This document shows, one piece after another, positions 25,037 to 34,880 of a stretch of DNA of 64,000 nucleotides. Source of the stretch: a virus. The number at the start of each line of letters is the position of its first letter. Position 1 is the first letter of the stretch. The translations under genes were made by a program, and so were the position numbers. The notes below the pieces were generated by a model that did no database searches, was not told the DNA's origin, and saw only the letters and a program-made list of their open reading frames with translations. The stretch lies in IMG/VR virus record IMGVR_UViG_3300037264_003623, positions 1 through 64,000 of that record, one strand, 5' to 3'.

Positions 25037-25549
25037 ATGCCCTCTGTGCCTCCCGACGCGGGCCGGGCGGATGCCAGAATCGTCGTCTGGTTCGACCATC
25101 CCAGGGACTGCCTATGCTTCGCCACGAGGGTGGGCCTGGAGCCAGGGCAGGACATCCCTGACGGCAGGATCGTCAGGATCCCTCTGAAGCTGGGCGAGGA
25201 CTTCCTTGACGCGGTGATGAATGCCGCCACGAGCGCGGCCATCATGGGGGCGGGGACGAAGGACTACGACAACGTGATGTATGGTGTCCAGATGTTGCTC
25301 GACCAGAGGATGGTCCGGGCGATCGAGATTGCCGAGGAGTTCAGGGCGCAAAGGCGGAAGAACGCCGGGGGCGGGGTGGTCGACAAGGCGAACGAGATGG
25401 TCGGCGTGTGCGCCTCCGAGTTCGCGAGGCTCGAACGCCTGAGGGAGTGGGTGGTGGGGGAGTTCAAGGGGCCGGAGGTTCGGGACAATACACAGATCGT
25501 GGTTGACCTGGACGAATGGCTCGCGGAGAACGGCTTCTATGAATCCTGA
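25037..25549 (+). CDS. Hypothetical protein
   Basis: SD AGGAGG. Confidence 0.75.
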   Translation: MPSVPPDAGRADARIVVWFDHPRDCLCFATRVGLEPGQDIPDGRIVRIPLKLGEDFLDAVMNAATSAAIMGAGTKDYDNVMYGVQMLLDQRMVRAIEIAEEFRAQRRKNAGGGVVDKANEMVGVCASEFARLERLREWVVGEFKGPEVRDNTQIVVDLDEWLAENGFYES

Positions 25550-26876
25550 ACGTAGAAAACCCTGCTCTTTAGAGCGGGGATGAATGCGCGCCTTCTCTAA
25601 AAAAAGGACTTGACATGCCGGGGAACGTATCGTACAAACAAAGCAGGACCGGAAGTCGTTTGCGCGACCTTCGGTCCCTGACCAACACCGTCCTCGGACG
25701 AGAAGGATCGGCGATGGCTGAAACCAACGTAGCAGGTTTCCGAAGGTCCTTCAAGTACCGTCTCTGTCCTTCCAAGCGTCAGGAAGCCGTCCTGGGATCT
25801 CTTATCGACGCCGCACGCCACCTCTACAACGACGCGCTTGAACAGCGTCGAGATGCCTGGAAGGCACGGAAGGTCTCCGTCAATCTCTACACTCAATCTG
25901 CCCAACTTACTGATGCAAGAGCCGAGTTCGAGGAACTCCGCGCTCTTCCCGCCCAGGTCGGACAAGATGTCCTCCACCGACTCCAGAGCGCGTTCGATGG
26001 TTTCTTCAGGCGCTTGAGGCGAGGAGAGACCCCGGGCTACCCGCGCTTCCAAGGACGGGACCGCTTCGACTCCATCACATTCCCGCAGTACCCTTGCGGA
26101 GTTCGGCTCCTCGACCGGAAGATTCGCGTCCAGAATGTCGGAGATCTCCGTATCCGACTTCATCGCCCCGTCGAGGGCTCGATCAAAACGGTCACTCTCA
26201 AGCGCGAGACGGGCAAGTGGTTTGCCGTGTTCTCGTGCGATCAAGTTTCCGCCCGAGCCTACCCCTCGGCAACCGCTGAGATCGGTATCGACATGGGTTT
26301 GGAATCCTTCGCAACCCTCTCCACGGGGGAAAAGATCGAGAACCCTCGCTGGTTCCGGGCTTCCGAGACTCGACTCGCAGAGGCCCAGCGTAGCCTGGAA
26401 CGCAAGAAGAAGGGTGGCAATCGTCGCCGCAAGGCCAAGCAATGTGTCGCCCGCCTTCATGCGAAGATCGCCAACCAGCGCCGGGACTTCCAGCACAAGC
26501 TGTCTCACCAAATCGTCTCCGAGAATGCGCTCATCGCCGTGGAGGATCTCGAACCGGGTCGGATGGCTGAGAGAGCCCCCTCGGGGCTCTCAAAGTCGAT
26601 ACATGACGCCTCGTGGTCGATGTTCTTTCTCATGCTCGCGAGCAAAGCGGCGGAAGCTGGCCGAGAGTTTGTGAAAGTTCCCCCACGAGGAACGAGTTCA
26701 ACGTGTTCGCGTTGTGGCGCGATCAAAGCCAAGGCGCTCTCCGAGCGCACGCATGAGTGTCCTTGCGGCCTTGTCCTTGATCGTGACATCAACGCCTCTC
26801 TGAACATTCTAAGGCTCGGAAGGAGCCTTCAGGCGTCAGCCTGAGAAGCCCCGGACTTTAGTCAGAGGTGCTTCAC
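25548..26876 (+). mobile_element. IS200/IS605-family tnpB-only element
   Basis: Left hairpin CCCTGCTCT-TT-AGAGCGGGG; right end GAAGCCCCGGACTTTAGTCAGAGG...TTCAC; no tnpA; left boundary could be 25541. Confidence 0.85.
25714..26844 (+). CDS. tnpB: TnpB RNA-guided nuclease
   Basis: FKYRL.P HTH, GIDMG, VEDL, CSRCG/CPCG zinc finger, DRDINA; RuvC triad intact. Confidence 0.95.
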   Translation: MAETNVAGFRRSFKYRLCPSKRQEAVLGSLIDAARHLYNDALEQRRDAWKARKVSVNLYTQSAQLTDARAEFEELRALPAQVGQDVLHRLQSAFDGFFRRLRRGETPGYPRFQGRDRFDSITFPQYPCGVRLLDRKIRVQNVGDLRIRLHRPVEGSIKTVTLKRETGKWFAVFSCDQVSARAYPSATAEIGIDMGLESFATLSTGEKIENPRWFRASETRLAEAQRSLERKKKGGNRRRKAKQCVARLHAKIANQRRDFQHKLSHQIVSENALIAVEDLEPGRMAERAPSGLSKSIHDASWSMFFLMLASKAAEAGREFVKVPPRGTSSTCSRCGAIKAKALSERTHECPCGLVLDRDINASLNILRLGRSLQASA

Positions 26877-26898
26877 GAATCCTAACCGCTATGGCGAG

Positions 26899-27393
26899 GT
26901 GAAGGGGGAGCCGGGGTTCGGCAGGAGAGGGCAGAGAATCGCCCATAGGGGCAAGTTCGCGGACCCTACACCGCAGGACGTGAGTCGGGAGCAGGAGGAT
27001 CGGGTCGCCAGGCGGATGGGTGGGGAGAAGATCGCGGGGAGCGGGGCCGGTCGGGATCGTGTCGGGCGGGGTCCCAAACACCAGACGTGGCGCGGGGCGG
27101 GTCTGATGGCGAAGGCGGCGGAGAAGGGGGACGTGTCGACCGACGTCGCCCTGGTCGAGTGCAAGACGACGATGAGGGCCTCGATTTCCATCAAGAAGGA
27201 TTACCTGGTCAAGATCGCGGGGGAGGCCAAGAGTGTTCACAAGACCCCGGCGCTGGTGGTCTCCTTCCATGAGATGCCCTACGGGGTGGACCAGGACTGG
27301 CTTCTCATCCCGATGCGCCTGTGGGAGAAAATGCGGAAAGAAGCCGGATTGGCCCATGACGAAAAGCGAGAAAGAGGTATAACAGAGGTATGA
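26899..27393 (+). CDS. Hjc-like PD-(D/E)xK Holliday junction resolvase
   Basis: QEDRVA...GSGA...GDV....VECK; original start probably displaced by the IS. Confidence 0.75.
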   Translation: MKGEPGFGRRGQRIAHRGKFADPTPQDVSREQEDRVARRMGGEKIAGSGAGRDRVGRGPKHQTWRGAGLMAKAAEKGDVSTDVALVECKTTMRASISIKKDYLVKIAGEAKSVHKTPALVVSFHEMPYGVDQDWLLIPMRLWEKMRKEAGLAHDEKRERGITEV

Positions 27394-28319
27394 GCCTGAA
27401 GGACATTCTGGCCGCGTCCAAGCAAACGCCGAAGGAGCCCGAGTGGAACCTGGGGGAGGTGCTCTGGGCGTACCAGGCCTCGCTGAGCGACGCGGAGGAC
27501 GAGTCCAGGGAGGAGGGGTTCCACCCATCCCAGCTCTTCGACTTCTGCCCGCGGCGGAGCGTCCTCGCCCACTTCTTCCCGAAGCCCGGCGAGGGGTATT
27601 TCTCGCCGGAGACGCGGACTCGCTTCGACTGGGGCACGGCGTGGCACTGGTTCGTCCAGAACCACTACTTCGGCACGATGGGCCTACTCTACGGGTCATG
27701 GCGGTGCAACCGGTGCGGGAAGGTGATGAGGGACTCCCTCATGCCTCCGCCGGACCTAGACTGCACCCCCAGCACGGGCCCCCGCCACGAGGCCGAGATC
27801 GTCCGCCTCGTGCAGGCGGAGAAGGAGATCGCGGCGGGTAAGCGGGTCCGCAGGGGCGGGTACTGGACGTACCAGGAGATGCGCGTCCACACCGAGGAGG
27901 GGATCGTCGGACACATCGACGGCATCCTCGTCATGCCCTGGGGGGAGAAGGTCCTCCTCGAAGTCAAGACGATGGACGGGAAGTGGTTCAAGAGCCTGTC
28001 CACCCCCGATCCGAAGTACATCTTCCAGATCAGCGTCTACCTGTGGGCGCTGGGCATAGACCGCTGCCTCCTGACCTACTTCTCCAAGGACGCCGATGCC
28101 CCGAAGCCCAAGACATTCTGGGTGAAGAGGGACGACGGGGTGGTGGAGGCGGTCAAGAGCAGGATCGCCCTCTACAAGATGTCGTGGCCGGAGAAGCGGC
28201 TGTGCGTCGGGAACTGCAAGAGGGACACGGAGCGGGCCGCCGAGCGTTGCTCGCACCGGCTGGAGTGCTTCCGGGAGGACATCGAGGAGGTCGTCGAGAA
28301 GATGAGGGCGACGGCGTGA
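27390..28319 (+). CDS. Cas4-like PD-(D/E)xK exonuclease
   Basis: HPSQ..CPR, GTAWH, GHIDG, LEVKT, Q...Y, C-terminal Cys cluster; ATGACG-N16-TATAAC at 27356-27383. Confidence 0.85.
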   Translation: MSLKDILAASKQTPKEPEWNLGEVLWAYQASLSDAEDESREEGFHPSQLFDFCPRRSVLAHFFPKPGEGYFSPETRTRFDWGTAWHWFVQNHYFGTMGLLYGSWRCNRCGKVMRDSLMPPPDLDCTPSTGPRHEAEIVRLVQAEKEIAAGKRVRRGGYWTYQEMRVHTEEGIVGHIDGILVMPWGEKVLLEVKTMDGKWFKSLSTPDPKYIFQISVYLWALGIDRCLLTYFSKDADAPKPKTFWVKRDDGVVEAVKSRIALYKMSWPEKRLCVGNCKRDTERAAERCSHRLECFREDIEEVVEKMRATA

Positions 28320-28555
28320 TCACGGACGAGGAGAGGGCGGCGCTGATGGTGGGAGGAGTTGATGCCATTCGGCAGGCTATCAGCGAGCGCAAGATGAAGC
28401 TCCATGATGTCCTGATGAAGCTGGTCGACGTCAAACTACTGGGGGATGGTTTCTCCTTGGAGCGAAGGAAGGCCCAGGCGGACATTAGGGTGGAGATACA
28501 GGATCTCATAGAGATGGAAGGGCGCATACTGGATGCGTCTGGGGGGCGGAGGTGA
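28316..28555 (+). CDS. Hypothetical protein
   Basis: GTGA coupling. Confidence 0.6.
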   Translation: MITDEERAALMVGGVDAIRQAISERKMKLHDVLMKLVDVKLLGDGFSLERRKAQADIRVEIQDLIEMEGRILDASGGRR

Positions 28556-28618
28556 GTAGCCCGAGATAGTGAGGTCGTCGAGAAGGAGCGCACACGGTGT
28601 GCGCCGGGAGTGTGAATT

Positions 28619-29278
28619 GTGGGCGATACGCCCTGGAAAAAGCTAGAACGCCGGGTGGCGGTATTTTTCAGCCGTTGGCTGGCGCAGGGGGAGACGGGTG
28701 TGGAGTCCGAGAGGATCCTCTCCAGACAGGCACTAATGGGGAGGATGATCGAGCGGACCTACGGCGACATCACCGTCCACCCGAAGTGCTCCGCTCGCTT
28801 CCTGCCGATGGCGAAGTGGTTCATGGCGCACATCCAGGTGGACGCGAAAAACAGGAAGGCGTTCCGCCTGCCCGGCCTCCTGACTGCTCCCGCCCACCCC
28901 TTCTGGAGCTGGTGGGACAAGCTGTCGGAGGAGACGCCGAGGTACAGCCGGACGCTCATTCCGGGGGCGCTTACCGAGCCGGTTCGGAGGATCGAAGAGC
29001 GGGGAAAGGTCAGGATGATGGTCATCCTGAACTGCCCCTCGAAGGAGCATCTCCTCGCGCTCGGGTTCGGGGACTTGGAGTTCATCGAGAGCGCGTTGGG
29101 AAAGATGAGCAGGGCGATTCCCACGTTCGAGATCCGTCGGGTGAGGACGGAGGACGCGGTGAAGATCGTGGTCCTGGAGGATTTCCTTGCGTGGGCGGAC
29201 CCAGTATCCCTGGGTTGCCCGAAGGTGGAGGAGGAGAGCTATGTTCCTGAAAAGCCTGGAGAAGCTGGCGGCAAGTAA
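28619..29278 (+). CDS. Putative PD-(D/E)xK nuclease or resolvase
   Basis: WKKLERRVA...GDI...QVDAKNRK. Confidence 0.6.
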   Translation: MGDTPWKKLERRVAVFFSRWLAQGETGVESERILSRQALMGRMIERTYGDITVHPKCSARFLPMAKWFMAHIQVDAKNRKAFRLPGLLTAPAHPFWSWWDKLSEETPRYSRTLIPGALTEPVRRIEERGKVRMMVILNCPSKEHLLALGFGDLEFIESALGKMSRAIPTFEIRRVRTEDAVKIVVLEDFLAWADPVSLGCPKVEEESYVPEKPGEAGGK

Positions 29279-29603
29279 CGGTCTGACGCCGGAGCGCGTT
29301 CTTCGAGACGTCTGTGAGAAGCGACGGCTCTCCTGCGGTCAGCTCGCGAAGGACCTTCGGTGCGCCAGGAAGGAGGTTCTGTTCTGGGCTGATGCCTTCA
29401 ACGTCGCCACGGTGGACTATCTCCCGAAGATCGTTCGGGCGGCCCGGGGGAAGAAGATGTCCCTTCGGAGCTATTTCCTCAAGTACTTCGGCAAGGGGGT
29501 GGGGTGGATGGCCGAGGACCTGGGCGTTGCATACACGACCGTCGAGGAGTACTACGCCATCTTCAGGGATGGCGAGACGTGGAGGATAGAGCATCTTCCC
29601 TAA
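29241..29603 (+). CDS. HTH protein
   Basis: SCGQLAKDL and WMAEDLGVAYTTV; strong SD. Confidence 0.7.
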   Translation: MFLKSLEKLAASNGLTPERVLRDVCEKRRLSCGQLAKDLRCARKEVLFWADAFNVATVDYLPKIVRAARGKKMSLRSYFLKYFGKGVGWMAEDLGVAYTTVEEYYAIFRDGETWRIEHLP

Positions 29604-29677
29604 AATCTGGACAATCCTGTAAAAACTTTTCGCTAGAAACCACTTGACAGATACCAAAGTGGGGTTTATAATACAGC

Positions 29678-29866
29678 ATGAGCAGACGGAAGCAGAATAC
29701 CGAGAAGGTGTTCGTATGGCTCGCGCCGGACGTAAAAGCGTGGCTTGATCTCCGGTGCGCCGAACTCGGGTTGGGAAAATCTGGCTATTTCCGGATGCTG
29801 CTCTTGCAGGAGATATCACGGTGCGAATCGTCGCACATGGCGAAGTCTGGTTCCCGAAAGAAGTAG
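29678..29866 (+). CDS. Ribbon-helix-helix protein (leaderless)
   Basis: KVFVWLAPDVKAWLD...GLGKSGYFRMLL. Confidence 0.65.
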   Translation: MSRRKQNTEKVFVWLAPDVKAWLDLRCAELGLGKSGYFRMLLLQEISRCESSHMAKSGSRKK

Positions 29867-31146
29867 TCCCGCGCATACTGGAGCTGATGAAACTTCAGTG
29901 CTCGGCGACTCGCTCGGCTTATCAAGCTATTCATAAGCACGGTCTATCGGGCAACACGATCAAGCAGTACGTCAAGCGACACTACTTTCCCGAATTGAAC
30001 CAGCGGTACGTAGCTGATGCGTGCGTTGTCGCGTTCGGGATCAAGCAGGAAGGTGTGCTCTTCGGCGGGAGGCGGGCATGGGAACGGTTGCGGACGGGCA
30101 CGTTGTCCAAGGCCGATTGGCAGGCGCGGCGCAACACCCGTCTGTACTCGCGCGGGGACAGGACACACAAGGGCAACCCAAACCTGCGGGTCGAGGGCGA
30201 TCGGCTGTTGGTGAATGATCCCGCAAAGCGAGGAAAGTGGCTCGAAGGCCGATTGTTCATCCCGGCCAAATGGAAGCCTGACCCTGCCTGCTACGATGCT
30301 CGGCTGCTCTACCAGGACGGGAATTTCACGGTCAAGGTCTCATGGACGGAGTCCGATCCGCCGATCCTTACAGACCGCGCTAACGGCGTCCTCGGGATCG
30401 ACACGAACCCGTCCGGCGTCGGAGTCGCCGACGTGTCGGCGGACGGAAACTTGCTGGCACACGGATTCGCCCCATGTCCGCGTGTCCAGTTCTCGGGCGA
30501 GGCCAAGCGGGATAACGACGTGCGCCTCATGGCGAAGACTGTCGTCGATGAGGCGGTCGCCAAGGCGAAGCCCATCGCTCTGGAAGATCTGAAGTTCGCG
30601 GCGTCTTCACAGTCAAAAGGTTCCCGCAAGTTCCGCCGGGCAAAGGCCAACTTCCTCTTCAAGAAGATCGTGGGGTCCATCGAATCAAGAGCGAGGAAAT
30701 GCGGAGTAGCGGTCGTGAAGGTCAACCCCGCGTTCACGTCGATCCTTGGGAACTTGAAATACGCGGAGCCGTTTTCGCTCAATCGGCACGCCGCCGCCGC
30801 TCTGGTGATCGGGCGTCGCGCCATCGGATTCCTTGAACGTGAGACTTTCACGGTTGCGCCGGACGGGTCGGCTCGTACTCGCCTGAACCTGGAAGGAAGA
30901 GGGCGATCCCACCATCTGACTCCGAAGGCGTACTCGTGGCTTCAAGATCGGTTCTTGAAGCCGAAACCATCCGGGCTCACAGCCCCGCTTCTGGAACCGG
31001 GTTCAAGACCCGGCATAGGGAGTAGCGCAGGCGAGATCCCTGCGGGAGAGTCGCTTCCTACAACTGGTCGGGAGCGCGAACGGGAAACCGTTTTAGGTGG
31101 AAGAAAGGCCACCTTGGAAGCCTGCAATCTTTTGCAAGTTTCCTAA
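29821..31146 (+). CDS. TnpB-related (Cas12f-like) protein lacking the zinc finger
   Basis: GIDTNP, ALEDLKF, VNPAFTS, NRHAAAALVIGRR; GTG start with GGAG. Confidence 0.85.
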   Translation: MRIVAHGEVWFPKEVVPRILELMKLQCSATRSAYQAIHKHGLSGNTIKQYVKRHYFPELNQRYVADACVVAFGIKQEGVLFGGRRAWERLRTGTLSKADWQARRNTRLYSRGDRTHKGNPNLRVEGDRLLVNDPAKRGKWLEGRLFIPAKWKPDPACYDARLLYQDGNFTVKVSWTESDPPILTDRANGVLGIDTNPSGVGVADVSADGNLLAHGFAPCPRVQFSGEAKRDNDVRLMAKTVVDEAVAKAKPIALEDLKFAASSQSKGSRKFRRAKANFLFKKIVGSIESRARKCGVAVVKVNPAFTSILGNLKYAEPFSLNRHAAAALVIGRRAIGFLERETFTVAPDGSARTRLNLEGRGRSHHLTPKAYSWLQDRFLKPKPSGLTAPLLEPGSRPGIGSSAGEIPAGESLPTTGRERERETVLGGRKATLEACNLLQVS

Positions 31147-31159
31147 ACCAGGATAGAGC

Positions 31160-31990
31160 ATGTCAGAGGCCGTGGCCACAAGGCCTGACAAGGGGAACGT
31201 CACCGAGGCAAAGTGGACGCTGAAGCGCGTCGACGAGCTGGTCAGGATCGTCAACCAGTCCTACCTGGAGCTCAGCGAGCTGCTCTACAAGGTGCGCGAG
31301 CACGAGTGGTTCCGCATGCTGGAGGGGAAGGACGGCGAGCTCTACGCAACCTTCGAGGAGTACGTCGCCGACCGCCTCGGGTGGAAAGACCGCAAGGCCC
31401 AGCTCTTCGTCAGGATACAGAAAGAGCTCATGCTCCCGGCGGGGCTCAAACGCGAGGACATGGCCGGGCTCGACTACTCCAAGGCCTACCACCTCTCCAC
31501 ACTCCCGCCCGAGGAGCGGACGCCCGAGAAGATGAGGGGATGGCTGGAAAAGGCGAAGACGGAGAACGTGAAGAGCCTCACCGTCGAGGTCAACAAGGTC
31601 CGCAACAGGGCAGAGTCCAAGAAGGCGGAGGACAAGCGCAGAGTCTTCAGGACCGAGATGACGAGCGAGGCCAACTTCCTCCTCGACCCCGACCAGAGGA
31701 AGAACGTGGAGCTGGCGCTGGAGGTCGCCCGAAAGGTCGCGGGCCCGAACTGCACCAGGGGATTCCTCCTCGACATGGTCTGCCTGGAGTTCCTCTCCGA
31801 CCGGATCGTCGAGGGGAAGGTCATGGCGAGCCGCCTCCTCAAGAGGGCCGAGGAGATCTTCGGGATCATGATCGTCGCCTGGAGGGAGACGGAGGGAGGG
31901 GGGGCGGAGATCGAGTATGGGGAGAAGGCGGCGAAGAAGTACGGGATCGAGATCGAGCACAAGCCGAAGGGGGTCAATCTCGATGGATGA
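31160..31990 (+). CDS. Hypothetical phage protein
   Basis: 276 aa, strong codon bias. Confidence 0.8.
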   Translation: MSEAVATRPDKGNVTEAKWTLKRVDELVRIVNQSYLELSELLYKVREHEWFRMLEGKDGELYATFEEYVADRLGWKDRKAQLFVRIQKELMLPAGLKREDMAGLDYSKAYHLSTLPPEERTPEKMRGWLEKAKTENVKSLTVEVNKVRNRAESKKAEDKRRVFRTEMTSEANFLLDPDQRKNVELALEVARKVAGPNCTRGFLLDMVCLEFLSDRIVEGKVMASRLLKRAEEIFGIMIVAWRETEGGGAEIEYGEKAAKKYGIEIEHKPKGVNLDG

Positions 31991-32693
31991 GACGTTCGAC
32001 AGGCTGTTCCGGTTCCCTGACGTGGTCAAGGCGTCCCTGTTCGTCAGGTGGCTCGACGTGGAGGGGGTCAGCGTCAGGGCATGGGTCGGCCCCTTCGTGC
32101 GCGTGCGGATCGGGGAGGGCCGGAGAATCAGGATCGAGGTTTGGGCGAAGGGGTACGGCGGGACGCCCATCGGGGAGTGGGGGGAGCCTGTGCCGTCGGT
32201 ATGGAGGGGTATCGCGATGTCTACGGCGGAATCGAAGACGAAGACCGAGTGGGCCTACCTTGTGGACAAGGGTGGGGAGGGTGAGTGGACGGTCCGCAAG
32301 GTGGACCTCTCCGCCCCGGACCAGGTCGTGGCCGAGCACAGGGTGCTGGCGGGCCGCTGCGATTGTGAAGGATTCGGCCGGTCGCAGGACCTCCGGTGCA
32401 GGCACACCGACATGGTGCTCACCAACCCGACGATCACGGACCACAAGACCGCCCGGAAGGCCGCCGCTGAGGTGATTTCCATGTGGGGGGACCGGTTCGA
32501 CCGGCTCATCTTCGACGACTACGTGGAGTTCGATCCCGCTGATGGCGACGTGTTTGCGGCCCCGGGCGAGGAGGCGGGGGTCAGGGCGGTGAGGCTGATG
32601 GCGAAGGGGGAGCCCATCAGGTCCAAAGGGAAGGAGTACCGGCGGGTGTTCTGCGTCCGCCGGAAGGTGCAGGTCATCGTGGATGTCTCATGA
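31983..32693 (+). CDS. SWIM zinc-finger protein
   Basis: CDCEGF.....CRH. Confidence 0.65.
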   Translation: MDETFDRLFRFPDVVKASLFVRWLDVEGVSVRAWVGPFVRVRIGEGRRIRIEVWAKGYGGTPIGEWGEPVPSVWRGIAMSTAESKTKTEWAYLVDKGGEGEWTVRKVDLSAPDQVVAEHRVLAGRCDCEGFGRSQDLRCRHTDMVLTNPTITDHKTARKAAAEVISMWGDRFDRLIFDDYVEFDPADGDVFAAPGEEAGVRAVRLMAKGEPIRSKGKEYRRVFCVRRKVQVIVDVS

Positions 32694-32701
32694 GGTGAAA
32701 C

Positions 32702-33085
32702 ATGAAGAAGGGTCAGAAGCGCGGCGGTGCCGCAAAGCCTCCGGTGGTTCGCATGACAGCGGCCAGGTACGTGAACGAGAAGTACGGCGAGAAGGGTCTT
32801 CGCGCCCTTCGGGCGATGGGCCCCGACTTCGCCAGGGATCTTCAGGACGAGATCCTGATCGTCAGGAAGCGGGGGGTACTTTCGGCCAGGAGGGACAGGG
32901 CGATGGCTGCCCTGCGGAACATCGAGGTGTTGATCGAGGACATTCCCGACGGGGATGGGACCCTTTTCCGCAAGATCCAGACCGTCATTGACGCTCTGCC
33001 TGACATCATCAAGGAGAAGCCGAAGGCGGAGGAGGAGGCGAAGGCCGCCGAGCCCGTCGAGGTCAGCGCCCAGAGTGGGGGATAG
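32702..33085 (+). CDS. Hypothetical protein
   Basis: SD GAGGTG. Confidence 0.7.
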   Translation: MKKGQKRGGAAKPPVVRMTAARYVNEKYGEKGLRALRAMGPDFARDLQDEILIVRKRGVLSARRDRAMAALRNIEVLIEDIPDGDGTLFRKIQTVIDALPDIIKEKPKAEEEAKAAEPVEVSAQSGG

Positions 33086-33209
33086 CGGGTAGTGGCGTGG
33101 GCGCGGTGGCAAGTGGTGCCCCGACAACCCTATGGGGCCCGTAGACGCCGTTACCAAATGGCTGCCGAGGACCGGGCTTGGGGGCACCGCCATTTTTTCG
33201 AGGTGAGTC

Positions 33210-33608
33210 ATGGGCGAGGAACTCCCGCCCCAGCATCCGCAGAACGTCCCGTTGAAGCCGCCTTCCCCGAGGCCAGAGGAGAATCTGGCCTTATACTCGG
33301 CTGTCTGCTCGATCTTCCACCTGCTTGACAGCCAACAGGTCTGCATCTCCCTCGACTACCCGAGGCTGGTGCAGTGGTACAGGGAGCGGATCGGGATTCC
33401 CATTACACTGGCGGCCTGGGAAGAGGTGGAGAGGACGATTCTGTTCCGGCTGGATGAGGTGAAACCATTCCTTCAGAAGAAGGGGAAGCCGATCCACGTC
33501 AGGATCATCGGTCCCCTGTCAGCATGGGAGGGGATGCGCCTCTATCGGATGTTCTATCCCCATGCGGAGAAGGTGTATCTCGTGGGGGAGGCGGTCATCG
33601 AGGTCTGA
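33210..33608 (+). CDS. Hypothetical protein
   Basis: SD GAGGTG. Confidence 0.65.
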   Translation: MGEELPPQHPQNVPLKPPSPRPEENLALYSAVCSIFHLLDSQQVCISLDYPRLVQWYRERIGIPITLAAWEEVERTILFRLDEVKPFLQKKGKPIHVRIIGPLSAWEGMRLYRMFYPHAEKVYLVGEAVIEV

Positions 33609-33732
33609 CATGATCGAGGGGGTCAACGAGGGAAGAAGCGATTCAATGTAGGGAATTGTGGGATATCGAAAACGGGGCGACTCTTTGCATTGATTGTCAC
33701 GAAAACAGATACCTTTGCTTTGGAGAAGAAGC

Positions 33733-34098
33733 ATGAAAGTTGCAAAGGAGATGGTACAGCAAAACCAAGACAAGGAGAGTCTTGCCAAGGAACTCGAAAT
33801 GCTTGCTGGAGAAGCAAAGGGTATCAGCAAGGAGATCGACCGGATCAAACGGAAACTCCTCCCGCTCATGAGCCTGGGCGAGCGCATCGGCCTCGTCGAG
33901 AAGTCCCAGCGCGAGTCGCTCGACGTCTCCGAGGAGATGCTCGCGGCCCTGGAGGTGGAGCTGGGTTCGGAGGTGGTCCGCAAGGAGCTGAACACCTCGT
34001 GGCTCAGGGAGAGGATGGCGGAGGACACGACCCTCGACAAGCGCATCCCGCGCAAGGCTGGGGACCCGTTTCTCACGGTCGGGGAGAAGAAGTCGTGA
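33733..34098 (+). CDS. Hypothetical protein
   Basis: SD GGAG; codon usage. Confidence 0.7.
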   Translation: MKVAKEMVQQNQDKESLAKELEMLAGEAKGISKEIDRIKRKLLPLMSLGERIGLVEKSQRESLDVSEEMLAALEVELGSEVVRKELNTSWLRERMAEDTTLDKRIPRKAGDPFLTVGEKKS

Positions 34099-34538
34099 TC
34101 GTCGAGGTTTACCTCCTAGTCAACATCCATGGCACGAAGACCAAGCAGTGGGTCGTCGTGGGCGCGGGCAGAGCGTTCCCCGAGGTCATCGCCAATCTGG
34201 AGGTGGCGAAGAGGATGGCGTGGCTCCTCGGGCGGGCGACCTCGCTGAAATCCGACATCGGCGTGAAGGACCGGGAGAAGGCGTGGAAGGACGCCGAGAA
34301 GGCGCTCGTCGGGGAGATCAAGAGGTCCATCTCCGTCGAGAAGAGCAAGTGCCCGCAGGGCAGGATGTGGACCGGGATGGACGACATCGGATTCACGGCG
34401 TGCGTCAGGTGCCTGCACCTGAGGGAGGACAGGGATCGGTTCAGGGTTGCCCCGGAAATGGGCACGGGCGTACCCGCGTGGGAGTGCGGGGCGATCCTCC
34501 AGGAGGTCCGGGTGGCTCGCAAGCTCGCGGACAGGTAG
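34095..34538 (+). CDS. Hypothetical protein
   Basis: GTGA coupling; Cys motifs. Confidence 0.65.
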   Translation: MIVEVYLLVNIHGTKTKQWVVVGAGRAFPEVIANLEVAKRMAWLLGRATSLKSDIGVKDREKAWKDAEKALVGEIKRSISVEKSKCPQGRMWTGMDDIGFTACVRCLHLREDRDRFRVAPEMGTGVPAWECGAILQEVRVARKLADR

Positions 34539-34541
34539 GGC

Positions 34542-34880
34542 ATGGCGAACAATGGCTGGTACAAGACGGGCTGCATGCCCAAGGAAGATCCGGCCACCGA
34601 CAAGCAGCTCTGGTTCATCAGGAAGTACCACGAGGCGGTCCTCGACGTGCTGGAGCCGGAGGAGCGGGTCTCCGTCGAGCTGATGGGGTTCCAGGAGTGG
34701 ATGGGGACCCTCACCAAGGCGGAGGCGTCGGGGGTCATCGGGATTCTGAAAGGCGAAACTGTGGCCCACGCGGTGTCCAGGAGCACCGAGGTTGGATCGC
34801 GGATGGTCGCCATGTCGATCGAAAAGAAGCCCAGTAGGAAGTGGTTCGACACCGGAATGACAAGGAGGAAAAGGTCATGA
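34542..34880 (+). CDS. Hypothetical protein
   Basis: PATDKQL...LTKAEAS.VI motif. Confidence 0.7.
   Translation: MANNGWYKTGCMPKEDPATDKQLWFIRKYHEAVLDVLEPEERVSVELMGFQEWMGTLTKAEASGVIGILKGETVAHAVSRSTEVGSRMVAMSIEKKPSRKWFDTGMTRRKRS

Larger units (their letters stand above)
29595..31149 (+). mobile_element. RHH + TnpB-related cassette between 12-bp direct repeats
   Basis: AGGATAGAGCAT at 29583-29594 and 31150-31161; own promoter TTGACA-N17-TATAAT (29644-29672); hairpin-rich 3' end. Confidence 0.75.

Noticed and set aside
25714-31146. CRISPR-Cas system (Cas4-like gene near Cas12f/TnpB-like genes)
   Set aside because: No repeat-spacer array and no cas1/cas2. The Cas4-like gene sits among recombination genes and the TnpBs have IS-like boundaries.
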